Below the pieces are notes generated by a model. The model was not told where the DNA came from and ran no database searches. It saw only the letters and a program-made list of their open reading frames with translations. A program made the translations under genes and the position numbers. This document shows, piece by piece, positions 15,884 to 24,112 of a stretch of 32,439 nt of DNA. The first letter of the stretch is position 1. Every line of letters starts with the position of its first letter. Origin of the DNA: a virus (taxonomy: Duplodnaviria > Heunggongvirae > Uroviricota > Caudoviricetes); the IMG/VR virus record IMGVR_UViG_3300021256_000007, positions 1 through 32,439 of that record; one strand, written 5' to 3'.

Positions 15884-18855
15884 TGGACGGCTGGATATTC
15901 GAAGAAAAGAACGTCTTCGACGAAAGTACGGGACAGTATAAGAAAGAGTTTATTGCTCATTACGGTACGCCTCGTCATTCCGGGCGTTATCCCTGGGGTT
16001 CCGGTAAGAATCCGCAGAGAAATCGAAACTGGCTTCAGCGAGCGGACGATCTGGCTAAGCAGGGCCTGAGCGAAAAAGAGATCGCGCAAGCTTTCGGTCT
16101 CAGCACCGGTGACTACCGTGCCATTAAGAAAAACTTCAAGTATCAGGTGGCTATGGATAATCAGCGCCAGGCCATTAAATGGCGCGATGATGGTCATGCC
16201 AATACTTGGATAGCGGAAAGGCTCGGAGTTTCCGAAGGCACGGTCCGTAATCTTCTGGACCCGACCAAGAAACAGCGGGAAAATACAGTCATGAATATTG
16301 CGGATAATCTAGAAACCGTTTTGAAAGACAAACCGTTTCTGGACGTCGGTGTTGGCGTAAACCGTCAGTTGAACATCAGTGAGCCTCAGCTTCATGCCGC
16401 ACTTCTGGCATTACAGAACAAGGGATATAACGTTTATAATTATGATCTTCCTCAGGTGTCGAACCCGAAGCAGAAAACCAAGCTCAAGATATTATGCGAT
16501 GGCGATGTCAGCCTTCAGGAAGTAAAAGAGCACTTAGGTGAGGTCACGTCTCCGGACGGTTTATATTTCGAAAACTATGGAGAGACCGCTGTTACCAGAA
16601 AACCGATACCGAGCGTGGATTCCAAGAGGATTGCAATTAATTACAACACCGGAGAACCTGGCGGCGGTCAGGAAAAAGACGGTGTGATTGAGATTCGTCC
16701 GGGTGTGGAAGATCTGGCTCTAGGAAATCGGAACTACGCACAGGTTCGTATCGCGGTCGACGGAACCCACTACCTGAAAGGTATGGCCGTTTACGGGGAT
16801 CCTAGCAAAATGCCGGAAGGCGTGGATATTGTCTTCAATACCTCAAAACACGAAGGTACTGAAAAGATGGGTACCGGAGACAACACGGTTCTGAAACCGA
16901 TGAAAAATGATCCGCAGAATCCGTTTGGCGCTTCGTTCCGCCAGTGGGAATACCAGGATGCCAACGGCGAATCACATGTGTCTCCGATCAATATTGTAAA
17001 CAGCGATGAAGATTGGGATAAATGGCAGAAGAATCTGTCGTCTCAGTTTCTGTCCAAACAGATGCCGGCACTGGCAAAACGGCAGCTGGATATTCGCTAC
17101 AGCGAAATGAACGATGAGTTCAACGAGTACAAGTCGATCAACAATCCGACACTGAAACGCCAGATGCTGGAAGAGTTTGCCGACAGCTGCGATTCGGCGG
17201 CCGTTCATTTGAAAGCAGCGGCTCTGCCGCGTCAGGGTGCGTTCGCCATTCTTCCGGTTCCGAGTCTGAAAGATAATGAAGTGTACGCACCAATGTTCGA
17301 CAATGGGGAAGAAGTCATTCTGGTACGCCATCCTCATGCAGGAACATTTGAAATTCCGAAACTGATAGTAAACAACAACAATCAGGAAGGAAAAAATGTG
17401 ATTGGAACGCTGGCTCCGCATGCCATCGGAATTACGGCTGCCACGGCACAGCAGTTATCCGGCGCCGACTACGACGGTGATACTGTTCTGGTCATTCCGA
17501 CAAAAGGACAAAAATTAAAAACTGATGCGCCTCTTGACGAATTAAAAACGTTTAATCCGACAGAAAGGTATTCCCGTTCGCCGGATGATCCGATTCGCAC
17601 CGGAAAAGGTGACGGGGAAAAGAAAGGTGACGGTTTTAACAAAGGTCAGCAGATGGGCATGGCGTCTAACCTGATCACGGACATGACGATCAAAGGCGCC
17701 AGCATCGATGAAATTGAACGTGCTGTCAAACATTCCATGGTCGTCATTGACGCTGAAAAACACAACCTGGATTGGAAACAGTCGGAAATCGATAATGGAA
17801 TTGCTGAACTAAGAAATCGTTATCAGGATGGCGGAGGCGCTTCAACGCTGATCTCAAGAGCAAAAGGTGACGCCCGTATTCCGGAACGGAAAGAAGTCTA
17901 CGGCACGACCAAGATGACTGATGAGGAATACAAAGAGTATCAGGAAAGCGGCGGAAGAAAGAATTCGTTCAAGCTGACTCCGGATGAATATGAACGGTAT
18001 CAGCGCGGCGAAGTGATCTATAGGGATACAAATCGAAGCTATTCGAAAGACAAGAAGATCACGGATCCGAGCAAGATGACACCGGAAGAATTGGAACGTT
18101 ACAATTCTGGCAAATCTGTATACAGGAAAACCGGCAAAATTGAAGATGCGGTTACCAAAATTTCCAATATGGAAGCGGCTTTAACGACCGGAGAAAAAGA
18201 TGCGCACAGTATTTCCGCCGGGTATTACATTGAAGACATTTACGCTGATCATGCCAATCGTTTGAAAGCTCTCGGAAACGAAGCGAGAAAAGAAGCGAGA
18301 GCCACTGGACTTTTGCAAGAGATTCCTACTGCAAAGAAAGTATATGACGATGTCGTCGGAAAAGAAGGAACGCTGACAAAAAAGATCGCACTCGCCGAGT
18401 TGGAAGCTCCGAAAGAAAGACAGGCGCAAATGATTGCATCAAGTGTCATGCGGGCAACTATTCAGGCCCATCCGGAATTGAAAGATGACGACGATAAACG
18501 AAAGAAACTGGCATCCAAGGCACTGGAAAATGCACGCGATGCTGTAAATGGCGGAGAGCACAAGAAACGGTACCGGATTGAACTCACAGACCGTGAATGG
18601 GAAGCGATTCAGGCTGGCGCTATTTCGAACGAAAAATTCAAGACCGTCATTCGGTACTCCGATAAGGAGGAATTGAAGAAGCGTGCTACGCCGAGAGCAT
18701 CTACAGGCCTTGCTTCTTCGACACGTTCGAGGGCCAGACTGATGCTTAACGCCGGTTACGCACCGTCTACAGTTGCAAAGGAGCTCGGTATCTCGATCGA
18801 GTCGCTTAAGAAAGAATTCAATAACTTCAGCGGAATGACAGTAGGAGGCGATTAA
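15883..18855 (+). CDS. single-chain double-psi-beta-barrel RNA polymerase-like protein with HTH domains
   Basis: GADYDGD metal-binding motif (17461-17481) preceded by VRHP; HTH-like segments at the N- and C-termini. Confidence 0.75.
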   Translation: MDGWIFEEKNVFDESTGQYKKEFIAHYGTPRHSGRYPWGSGKNPQRNRNWLQRADDLAKQGLSEKEIAQAFGLSTGDYRAIKKNFKYQVAMDNQRQAIKWRDDGHANTWIAERLGVSEGTVRNLLDPTKKQRENTVMNIADNLETVLKDKPFLDVGVGVNRQLNISEPQLHAALLALQNKGYNVYNYDLPQVSNPKQKTKLKILCDGDVSLQEVKEHLGEVTSPDGLYFENYGETAVTRKPIPSVDSKRIAINYNTGEPGGGQEKDGVIEIRPGVEDLALGNRNYAQVRIAVDGTHYLKGMAVYGDPSKMPEGVDIVFNTSKHEGTEKMGTGDNTVLKPMKNDPQNPFGASFRQWEYQDANGESHVSPINIVNSDEDWDKWQKNLSSQFLSKQMPALAKRQLDIRYSEMNDEFNEYKSINNPTLKRQMLEEFADSCDSAAVHLKAAALPRQGAFAILPVPSLKDNEVYAPMFDNGEEVILVRHPHAGTFEIPKLIVNNNNQEGKNVIGTLAPHAIGITAATAQQLSGADYDGDTVLVIPTKGQKLKTDAPLDELKTFNPTERYSRSPDDPIRTGKGDGEKKGDGFNKGQQMGMASNLITDMTIKGASIDEIERAVKHSMVVIDAEKHNLDWKQSEIDNGIAELRNRYQDGGGASTLISRAKGDARIPERKEVYGTTKMTDEEYKEYQESGGRKNSFKLTPDEYERYQRGEVIYRDTNRSYSKDKKITDPSKMTPEELERYNSGKSVYRKTGKIEDAVTKISNMEAALTTGEKDAHSISAGYYIEDIYADHANRLKALGNEARKEARATGLLQEIPTAKKVYDDVVGKEGTLTKKIALAELEAPKERQAQMIASSVMRATIQAHPELKDDDDKRKKLASKALENARDAVNGGEHKKRYRIELTDREWEAIQAGAISNEKFKTVIRYSDKEELKKRATPRASTGLASSTRSRARLMLNAGYAPSTVAKELGISIESLKKEFNNFSGMTVGGD

Positions 18856-18857
18856 GA

Positions 18858-19124
18858 GTGGCAAGAACTATGATCACGACTACTGACAATAAATTCAATC
18901 CCTTTACACAGTATGATCGTTGGGCTGCCTATGACGAGAAAGAATGCGGTTATTATTCGGCCGCTTATCTGGCTCGGATCGCCGTTGTCTCGCCTGAATT
19001 TAGCCAAAAAGAAATGGATCAGGCAATTGAAGATGCTTGCGATGAGATCTGTAAAATGGATCTGCGGTTCATAAGTCCCGTCACGGGTAAAGAAGTCTGC
19101 TATGTGAAGGTTACTGAGCAGTAG
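18858..19124 (+). CDS. conserved hypothetical protein, last gene before the putative genome end
   Basis: TAGGAGG RBS; GTG start; NKFNPFTQYDRW segment. Confidence 0.75.
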   Translation: MARTMITTTDNKFNPFTQYDRWAAYDEKECGYYSAAYLARIAVVSPEFSQKEMDQAIEDACDEICKMDLRFISPVTGKEVCYVKVTEQ

Positions 19125-19386
19125 TCTTAGCTTTTAGTTTGTATTAGCCGATACTAGATAGCTTTTATGTGGATCAATGGGCATGAGTCTGCATACTTGC
19201 TGTCTGGTGTCGGCTTTTTTACAACGTTTATGGGCTTTGCTCGTGCTATTCGGTGTGGCACGGCCGTTTTGCCTGTGCTTTCGATAGGTTTCTATGCATA
19301 TAACATGAATATCATATAATTTTTGGCTAAATTCGATATAAAACACCCCGGGAGGGGGTCATTTTGGGGTCTAGGGGGTGCACAAT

Positions 19387-19398
19387 CGCGGCGGTCCT
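19387..19398. other. candidate cos (cohesive-end) site
   Basis: GC-rich CGCGGCGGTCCT in the only long gap between the replication and packaging genes; an HNH gene is nearby; resembles the CGCCGGCCT-type 3' overhangs recalled for related phages. Confidence 0.45.
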
Positions 19399-19442
19399 CA
19401 AAAAAGCTCCGGAGGCAATTTTTGATATTTAGTCCTAGGTTT

Positions 19443-19603
19443 TTCTAATGCTTTTAAAGTGGGTATGATGCTTCCTTTGCCAGTTTGCTCATGTCTGGCT
19501 CGTTTCCCCTCTCTGTCGTGGAATCAGGATTCTCCTTTCGTGATGTTTGCCTCCTATAAACTTCATAAAAACCCACATCATACCCACCTTAAAGGCATTA
19601 GAA
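19443..19603 (+). ncRNA. candidate structured antisense sRNA
   Basis: 28-bp inverted repeat (19443-19470/19576-19603) enclosing sequences complementary to the RBS and start regions of early genes. Confidence 0.6.
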
Positions 19604-19642
19604 GTTTACTTAAAGTCCGGCAGAAAGGAGATGAACTGATAT

Positions 19643-19996
19643 TTGGCTGCCAGAAAGTCTAGTAAAACTCAGAGCGATGTTTTGGATTCAGCACCTCCGC
19701 TTACTCCAGAAGAGTGGGAAAACCGCTTAATCGCAAAAAGTTTTCGAGCTGTTGAAGAGCGCATCGACAATGGTACCGCTACTGCTGCCGAATACGTTCA
19801 TTTTTTAAAAGCTGGTTCAGTAAAACAACGCGAAGAGATGGAAAAGCTTCGTGAAGAGAACGCTTTGCTTCGTGCAAAGACTTCGGCAATTGAATCTGAG
19901 AAAGATCGTGCCGTTTTCTATCGTGAAGTTATTGATGCTCTTCAATCGTACAGAACGGAGACTACTGATGAGCCATTTGATCCGTACGTATACTGA
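19643..19996 (+). CDS. conserved protein, possible terminase small subunit
   Basis: first gene after the putative cos; GAAAGGAG RBS; TTG start; C-terminal coiled coil; function inferred from position only. Confidence 0.5.
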   Translation: MAARKSSKTQSDVLDSAPPLTPEEWENRLIAKSFRAVEERIDNGTATAAEYVHFLKAGSVKQREEMEKLREENALLRAKTSAIESEKDRAVFYREVIDALQSYRTETTDEPFDPYVY

Positions 19997-20399
19997 ACTA
20001 ATTCAGATTCCGACGTTCATTGAGCGCTTTAGATATTTGAAGCTAAGAGGTGACGTCGGGCAGGAGACATTTGGTTGGGAACGGTATCTCAATCAGAAAC
20101 TTTATACTTCATATGAATGGCGTAGATTTCGTCGAAATATTATTCTTCGCGACAATGGCTGCGATCTTGGAGTCGATGGTCATGAGTACATAAATGATGA
20201 GCTTGTATTCATTCATCACATTAACCCATTAGATCCAAAAGATATTGCTGATCATACTGAGATGCTCATGGATCCAGAAAACGTTATCTCGTGCCGCTTT
20301 GACACTCACAACGCTATTCATTACGGCGATGAATCATTAATTATGCCGTTTGAGTTAACTTTAAGAAAACCGAATGATACATGTCCTTGGAAAAACTAA
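19968..20399 (+). CDS. HNH endonuclease, packaging-associated
   Basis: RDNGCD...IHHINP...NVISC...HNAIH; start moved to ATG 19968 behind GGAG. Confidence 0.8.
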   Translation: MSHLIRTYTELIQIPTFIERFRYLKLRGDVGQETFGWERYLNQKLYTSYEWRRFRRNIILRDNGCDLGVDGHEYINDELVFIHHINPLDPKDIADHTEMLMDPENVISCRFDTHNAIHYGDESLIMPFELTLRKPNDTCPWKN

Positions 20400-20408
20400 T
20401 AGGAGGTT

Positions 20409-20756
20409 TTGTTTATGGACGACTCTATTCTAGGAACAATAAGGAAAATGATCGGCCCGTCAGCCTCCTATGACGTGTTTGACACCGATCTGATTGTCAA
20501 CATTAATTCTGCTTTTTCGAGGCTTTGTCAGCTCGGTGTTGGCCCAAGTTCGCCTTTTAAGATCCAAAGCGATGAGCAAACGTGGTCTGACTTTATGGAC
20601 CCGGCGACAATGCCTGATGAAGTTAAGCAGTACGTTTATCTAAAAACCCGAATGATTTTCGACACTCCTGCAAGTTCTATCGTGGCAAATGCTTATAAAG
20701 AACAGATTGCCGAATTGGAATGGACTTTGAAGGAAGTTGCTCAGTTCGGGTATTAA
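20409..20756 (+). CDS. putative head-to-tail adaptor/connector
   Basis: 115-aa helical protein with SILGTIRKMIG and VKQYVYLKTRMIFD segments, as recalled for gp6/gp15-like connectors. Confidence 0.55.
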   Translation: MFMDDSILGTIRKMIGPSASYDVFDTDLIVNINSAFSRLCQLGVGPSSPFKIQSDEQTWSDFMDPATMPDEVKQYVYLKTRMIFDTPASSIVANAYKEQIAELEWTLKEVAQFGY

Positions 20757-20771
20757 TAGGAGGCGGTAATT

Positions 20772-21566
20772 ATGACCGTACCTGAAATACTATATCAGCG
20801 AGCACTTGATGAAGGCTTTACTATTGAAGCAGCATGCGCATTACTTGCTATGATTCAGGGTGAAAGTGCATTTCGCTACGACAATGCCGAAGATCGCATC
20901 AATCGTGTTGTCAGTGACGAAGAATACATTCGTCGAGCTGACGCAGGACTCATAACGTATAACGGCAGAAACTTCATTTACGATGAGGTCGGTTTCGGTT
21001 ATGCACAGTGGACTTTCTGGAGCCGTAAGAAAAAGCTTTTCGAGTATTGCAAGAACCGCGGAACTTCCGTAGCCGACCATGAATCTCAAAAGGAATTCAT
21101 TTTCGTTGAGATGCGAGAGGACTTTCCGGCTATCTGGAATATGTGTCGTACGTCCCATGACTTGAGTGCTTTAACTAAGAAACTGATCGATGTTTGGGAA
21201 AATTCTGCCGATCATCAGCGTGATATGAGCATTCGATATCCTTATGCGAAAGCGTGGTATGCGAAGTTCAGTAACTGGTACGAGCCGGCTGCTGAACAAA
21301 CGGCCCAAGATGTCGATGAAGAAGGCGTTCCGGTTGAAAAAACATGGCCGCCTCGTGTGATTCAAAATGGTTTGAACTGGACTGAAGTGTACTTGCTTCA
21401 GTCTTTACTTAAATGTAGAGGTTACAACGTTCTGGTTAACGGAATTTTCAGTGAAGAACTGACTGAAAAAGTGAAGTCCTATCAGTCGATGAATAAGCTG
21501 CTTCCGGATGGAATTGTTGGGCCTAAAACATGGAAGTCGCTACTTGGTCTTCCGGCGGATTATTGA
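20772..21566 (+). CDS. endolysin: phage-lysozyme-2-like domain plus peptidoglycan-binding domain
   Basis: ACALLAMIQGES (catalytic Glu) and GYAQWT; C-terminal VYLLQSLL...DGIVGPKTW. Confidence 0.85.
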   Translation: MTVPEILYQRALDEGFTIEAACALLAMIQGESAFRYDNAEDRINRVVSDEEYIRRADAGLITYNGRNFIYDEVGFGYAQWTFWSRKKKLFEYCKNRGTSVADHESQKEFIFVEMREDFPAIWNMCRTSHDLSALTKKLIDVWENSADHQRDMSIRYPYAKAWYAKFSNWYEPAAEQTAQDVDEEGVPVEKTWPPRVIQNGLNWTEVYLLQSLLKCRGYNVLVNGIFSEELTEKVKSYQSMNKLLPDGIVGPKTWKSLLGLPADY

Positions 21567-21572
21567 TTCAAA

Positions 21573-21956
21573 ATGGCTTTTGTACCTTACAATCCCAATC
21601 CTGCCGGACGCTACGTGGGCGATTGCACGATAAGAGCTATATGTAAATTGACGGATCAGGATTGGGATTCTGTTTATGCAGCAACCACTTTTGAAGGTTT
21701 TCTTCGGAAGGATATGCCATCTGGAAATTCTACATGGGGCGCTTATCTCGATCGTCTCGGGTATGTCCGGCGGGGTTTACCTGATACCTGTCCGTTTTGT
21801 TACACGGTTAAGGAATTTTGCCGAGACTATCCAGTTGGGAGATATTTGTTAGCATTGGATCAGCATGTCGTAGCAGTCGTCGATGGCAACTATTATGATA
21901 CATGGGATTCCGGAAACGAGATTCCGTTTTATTATTGGAAGAAAGGAGAAAACTGA
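21573..21956 (+). CDS. hypothetical protein, possible papain-like Cys peptidase
   Basis: GDCTIRA, QHVVAV and YDTWDS give a candidate Cys-His-Asp triad. Confidence 0.6.
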   Translation: MAFVPYNPNPAGRYVGDCTIRAICKLTDQDWDSVYAATTFEGFLRKDMPSGNSTWGAYLDRLGYVRRGLPDTCPFCYTVKEFCRDYPVGRYLLALDQHVVAVVDGNYYDTWDSGNEIPFYYWKKGEN

Positions 21957-21959
21957 GTT

Positions 21960-22397
21960 ATGGCAGATAACATGTTTGGGCCGACTTTGCTTCCGGCGAC
22001 ACCCGTCGGACCGATTAGACCCAACCCGGTTAATCCGGCGAATCTAGCGATGAATCAGCAGGCGCAGGCTATTCCTTCGCAGCCTCAGACTAATGTTATC
22101 TATGTCCACGGTATGCAGGAGGTTCTAGAGCATCCTGCTGGCCCTAACGAGCATTTGTATTTTCCTGAAATGGACGCTCGTGTAATTTGGGTTCGTGATA
22201 CGGACTCAAAGGGACAGATTAAAAATCCGCTTACTAAACTGAGCTATACGGCAGAAGAAGTCGCGTTCGGTCCGGAAGCGAATTTTGTGACGAAGCAGGA
22301 GTTTCAGAAATTGTTCGACATTGTTCTTTCGACAAATGGCAATGTCAACAAACTTATGAAAGAACTTGGAGGTAGCTCTGATGAATCCTCTGTATAA
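21960..22397 (+). CDS. hypothetical protein with a P/Q/N-rich N-terminus
   Basis: AAAGGAG RBS. Confidence 0.75.
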   Translation: MADNMFGPTLLPATPVGPIRPNPVNPANLAMNQQAQAIPSQPQTNVIYVHGMQEVLEHPAGPNEHLYFPEMDARVIWVRDTDSKGQIKNPLTKLSYTAEEVAFGPEANFVTKQEFQKLFDIVLSTNGNVNKLMKELGGSSDESSV

Positions 22398-22599
22398 ATC
22401 TTTTCAGGAAAAGCAAGCGGCGAACAGGCCTCCTGCTAATCTGAATGAGATGCTTCAGAATTTTGCCAGTCAGTATGTTCCGCAAGGGATGAGCGCTGAA
22501 CAGATGGTACGTCAATTGGTCCAGAGCGGACGAATGACACAAGATCAGTTCAGTCAGTTTGCTTCCGTTGCAGATGCATGGACGGGTAAGAAGCGTTAA
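22381..22599 (+). CDS. small Gln-rich helical protein (72 aa)
   Basis: GGAGG 8 nt before ATG 22381. Confidence 0.75.
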   Translation: MNPLYKSFQEKQAANRPPANLNEMLQNFASQYVPQGMSAEQMVRQLVQSGRMTQDQFSQFASVADAWTGKKR

Positions 22600-22610
22600 G
22601 ATTCAAAATG

Positions 22611-22647
22611 GCCTGAGAGATGCTTGACAGTTTCTCTCAGGCTTTTT
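22611..22647 (+). terminator. intrinsic terminator
   Basis: gcctgagaga/tctctcaggc 10-bp stem followed by TTTTT. Confidence 0.8.
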
Positions 22648-22821
22648 AATAAATTGGTTTTCTCTCTTTATATTTAGTTCCGCCTTTGAATGTATTGTGC
22701 CGGTAAGGACCCTAACAAAAGCCTTCATAATCGGAGGCTATTTACCGGATATTCTTCTGCATTTCCGATTGCGCATAAGGAAAGCGGTTGAATAAATATA
22801 TTCATTAGGGGGAATAAGAAG

Positions 22822-23643
22822 ATGTCTTATTCTGAAAATGGTGGAACTCAGTTTACTATGCCTGTGGCGCCCTATGGTGGTGGTTATGGCAACGATGGCT
22901 TCGGTTTCGGCGGTAACGGTGCCTGGTGGCTGATCATTCTGCTTCTGTTCGCGAATAATGGTTGGGGCAATGGCTTCGGCTTTGGCGGTGGTGGCGGTGT
23001 GATGCCCTGGATGCTGAATAATAGTACGAATGCCGATGTTCAGCGTGGCTTTGATCAGTCTGCTATCATGGGGACTCTGAACGGAATTAACAGCACGGTT
23101 AGCAATGGCTTTGCCAATGCTGAGATCTCTCGTTGCAATGCTCAGGCGAATGTTCTTCAGACTCTCAACACCAATCAGGCTGCTACTCTGCAGAGTATGA
23201 ACAGTTTGGCGATGGGTCTTCAGAACTGCTGCTGCGAGAATCGTGCCGGTCTTGCCGATCTGAAGTATACGGTTGCTACTGAGAATTGCGCGGATCGTAA
23301 CGCTCTTAGCGAAGGCCTTACCTCTATGATGATGGCCAATAATACGAACACGCAGAACCTGATGAATACTGTGAACAGTGGTATTCAGACGGTTATGGAC
23401 AAGATTTGCGCTCTGGAACTGGCTGGCAAGGATCAGCAGATTGCTGCTCTTACTGCTCAGCTTAACGAGGCGAATCGTCGTGCTTCTCAGAACGATCAGA
23501 CTGCTCAGATTCTTGCCGGTCAGCGTGCTCTGGCTAACGAGGTTGAGCAATACGTGATGCCCACTCCGCGTCCTGCGTGGATTGTGCAGAATCCGAGTTG
23601 CTGCAATCAGTCCTCCACTTGCGGTTGCGGTTGCGCCGCATAA
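22822..23643 (+). CDS. Gly/Asn-rich membrane-associated protein with Cys clusters
   Basis: GNGAWWLIILLLF hydrophobic segment; CCCENR motif; coiled coil; C-terminal CCNQSSTCGCGCAA. Confidence 0.85.
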   Translation: MSYSENGGTQFTMPVAPYGGGYGNDGFGFGGNGAWWLIILLLFANNGWGNGFGFGGGGGVMPWMLNNSTNADVQRGFDQSAIMGTLNGINSTVSNGFANAEISRCNAQANVLQTLNTNQAATLQSMNSLAMGLQNCCCENRAGLADLKYTVATENCADRNALSEGLTSMMMANNTNTQNLMNTVNSGIQTVMDKICALELAGKDQQIAALTAQLNEANRRASQNDQTAQILAGQRALANEVEQYVMPTPRPAWIVQNPSCCNQSSTCGCGCAA

Positions 23644-23652
23644 GGAGGTGGC

Positions 23653-24099
23653 GTGATGGCTGAATGGACTAGCGTGGCCGAACAGACGGTCAATCCTGGT
23701 GAGTCCATTGTCTTCACTGAAGCTTCGGAGCCTTGCTACTGTGGACTCATTCTGCACCGTGAAGACAGCGGTGCGTTTTTAATGAAGGGTATCGACGATA
23801 ATGTTTGCAGATGTGGCCGCAGAAGTCGTGTAGTACGCTATACGGCTGCGTTCGGTGCCAATATCGCGATTCCCGAGGGCGAAACCGTCGGTCCTATTTC
23901 CGTCGCCTTCGCTCTTGATGGTAACACTCTAGCCGGAACAAACATGACGGTTACTCCCGCGGCCGTTGAAGAATTCTTTAACGTGTCTCGTGAAACCGGC
24001 GTTCCGATCTGGAGAGGTTGCTGCCAGACACTCTCGGTTCGTAATACCAGCACTATTCCTATTCTGGTGCAGGGCGCGAACCTGCTGATTACGAAGTGA
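23653..24099 (+). CDS. beta-sandwich protein, possibly BclA-CTD/C1q-like
   Basis: AAGGAGG RBS; alternating beta-strand pattern; several Cys. Confidence 0.75.
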   Translation: MMAEWTSVAEQTVNPGESIVFTEASEPCYCGLILHREDSGAFLMKGIDDNVCRCGRRSRVVRYTAAFGANIAIPEGETVGPISVAFALDGNTLAGTNMTVTPAAVEEFFNVSRETGVPIWRGCCQTLSVRNTSTIPILVQGANLLITK

Positions 24100-24112
24100 G
24101 GAGGATTTCAAA

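Noticed and set aside
19326-19343. GCTAAATTCGATATAAAA as a fourth promoter-motif copy
   Set aside because: Only a partial, gapped match, lacking the CA and CTATAGT elements
19454-19492. 12-codon minus-strand ORF (MSKLAKEASYPL) after SD-like tracts
   Set aside because: SD spacing is too long, and the best SD-like tract is followed by ATC rather than ATG; the antisense reading fits better, though this is not excluded
19501-19520. Fourth anti-SD tract (tttcccctctct) as antisense to a specific gene
   Set aside because: Only 6-8 nt matches were found in this window (for example 13711 and 8123); any real target may lie outside the window
19459-19662. 67-aa + strand ORF over the stem-loop
   Set aside because: No RBS, overlaps the start of the 19643 gene, and its sequence is explained by RNA pairing
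22738-23757. 339-aa minus-strand ORF
   Set aside because: Shadow of the codon-biased + strand gene; no RBS or recognisable motifs
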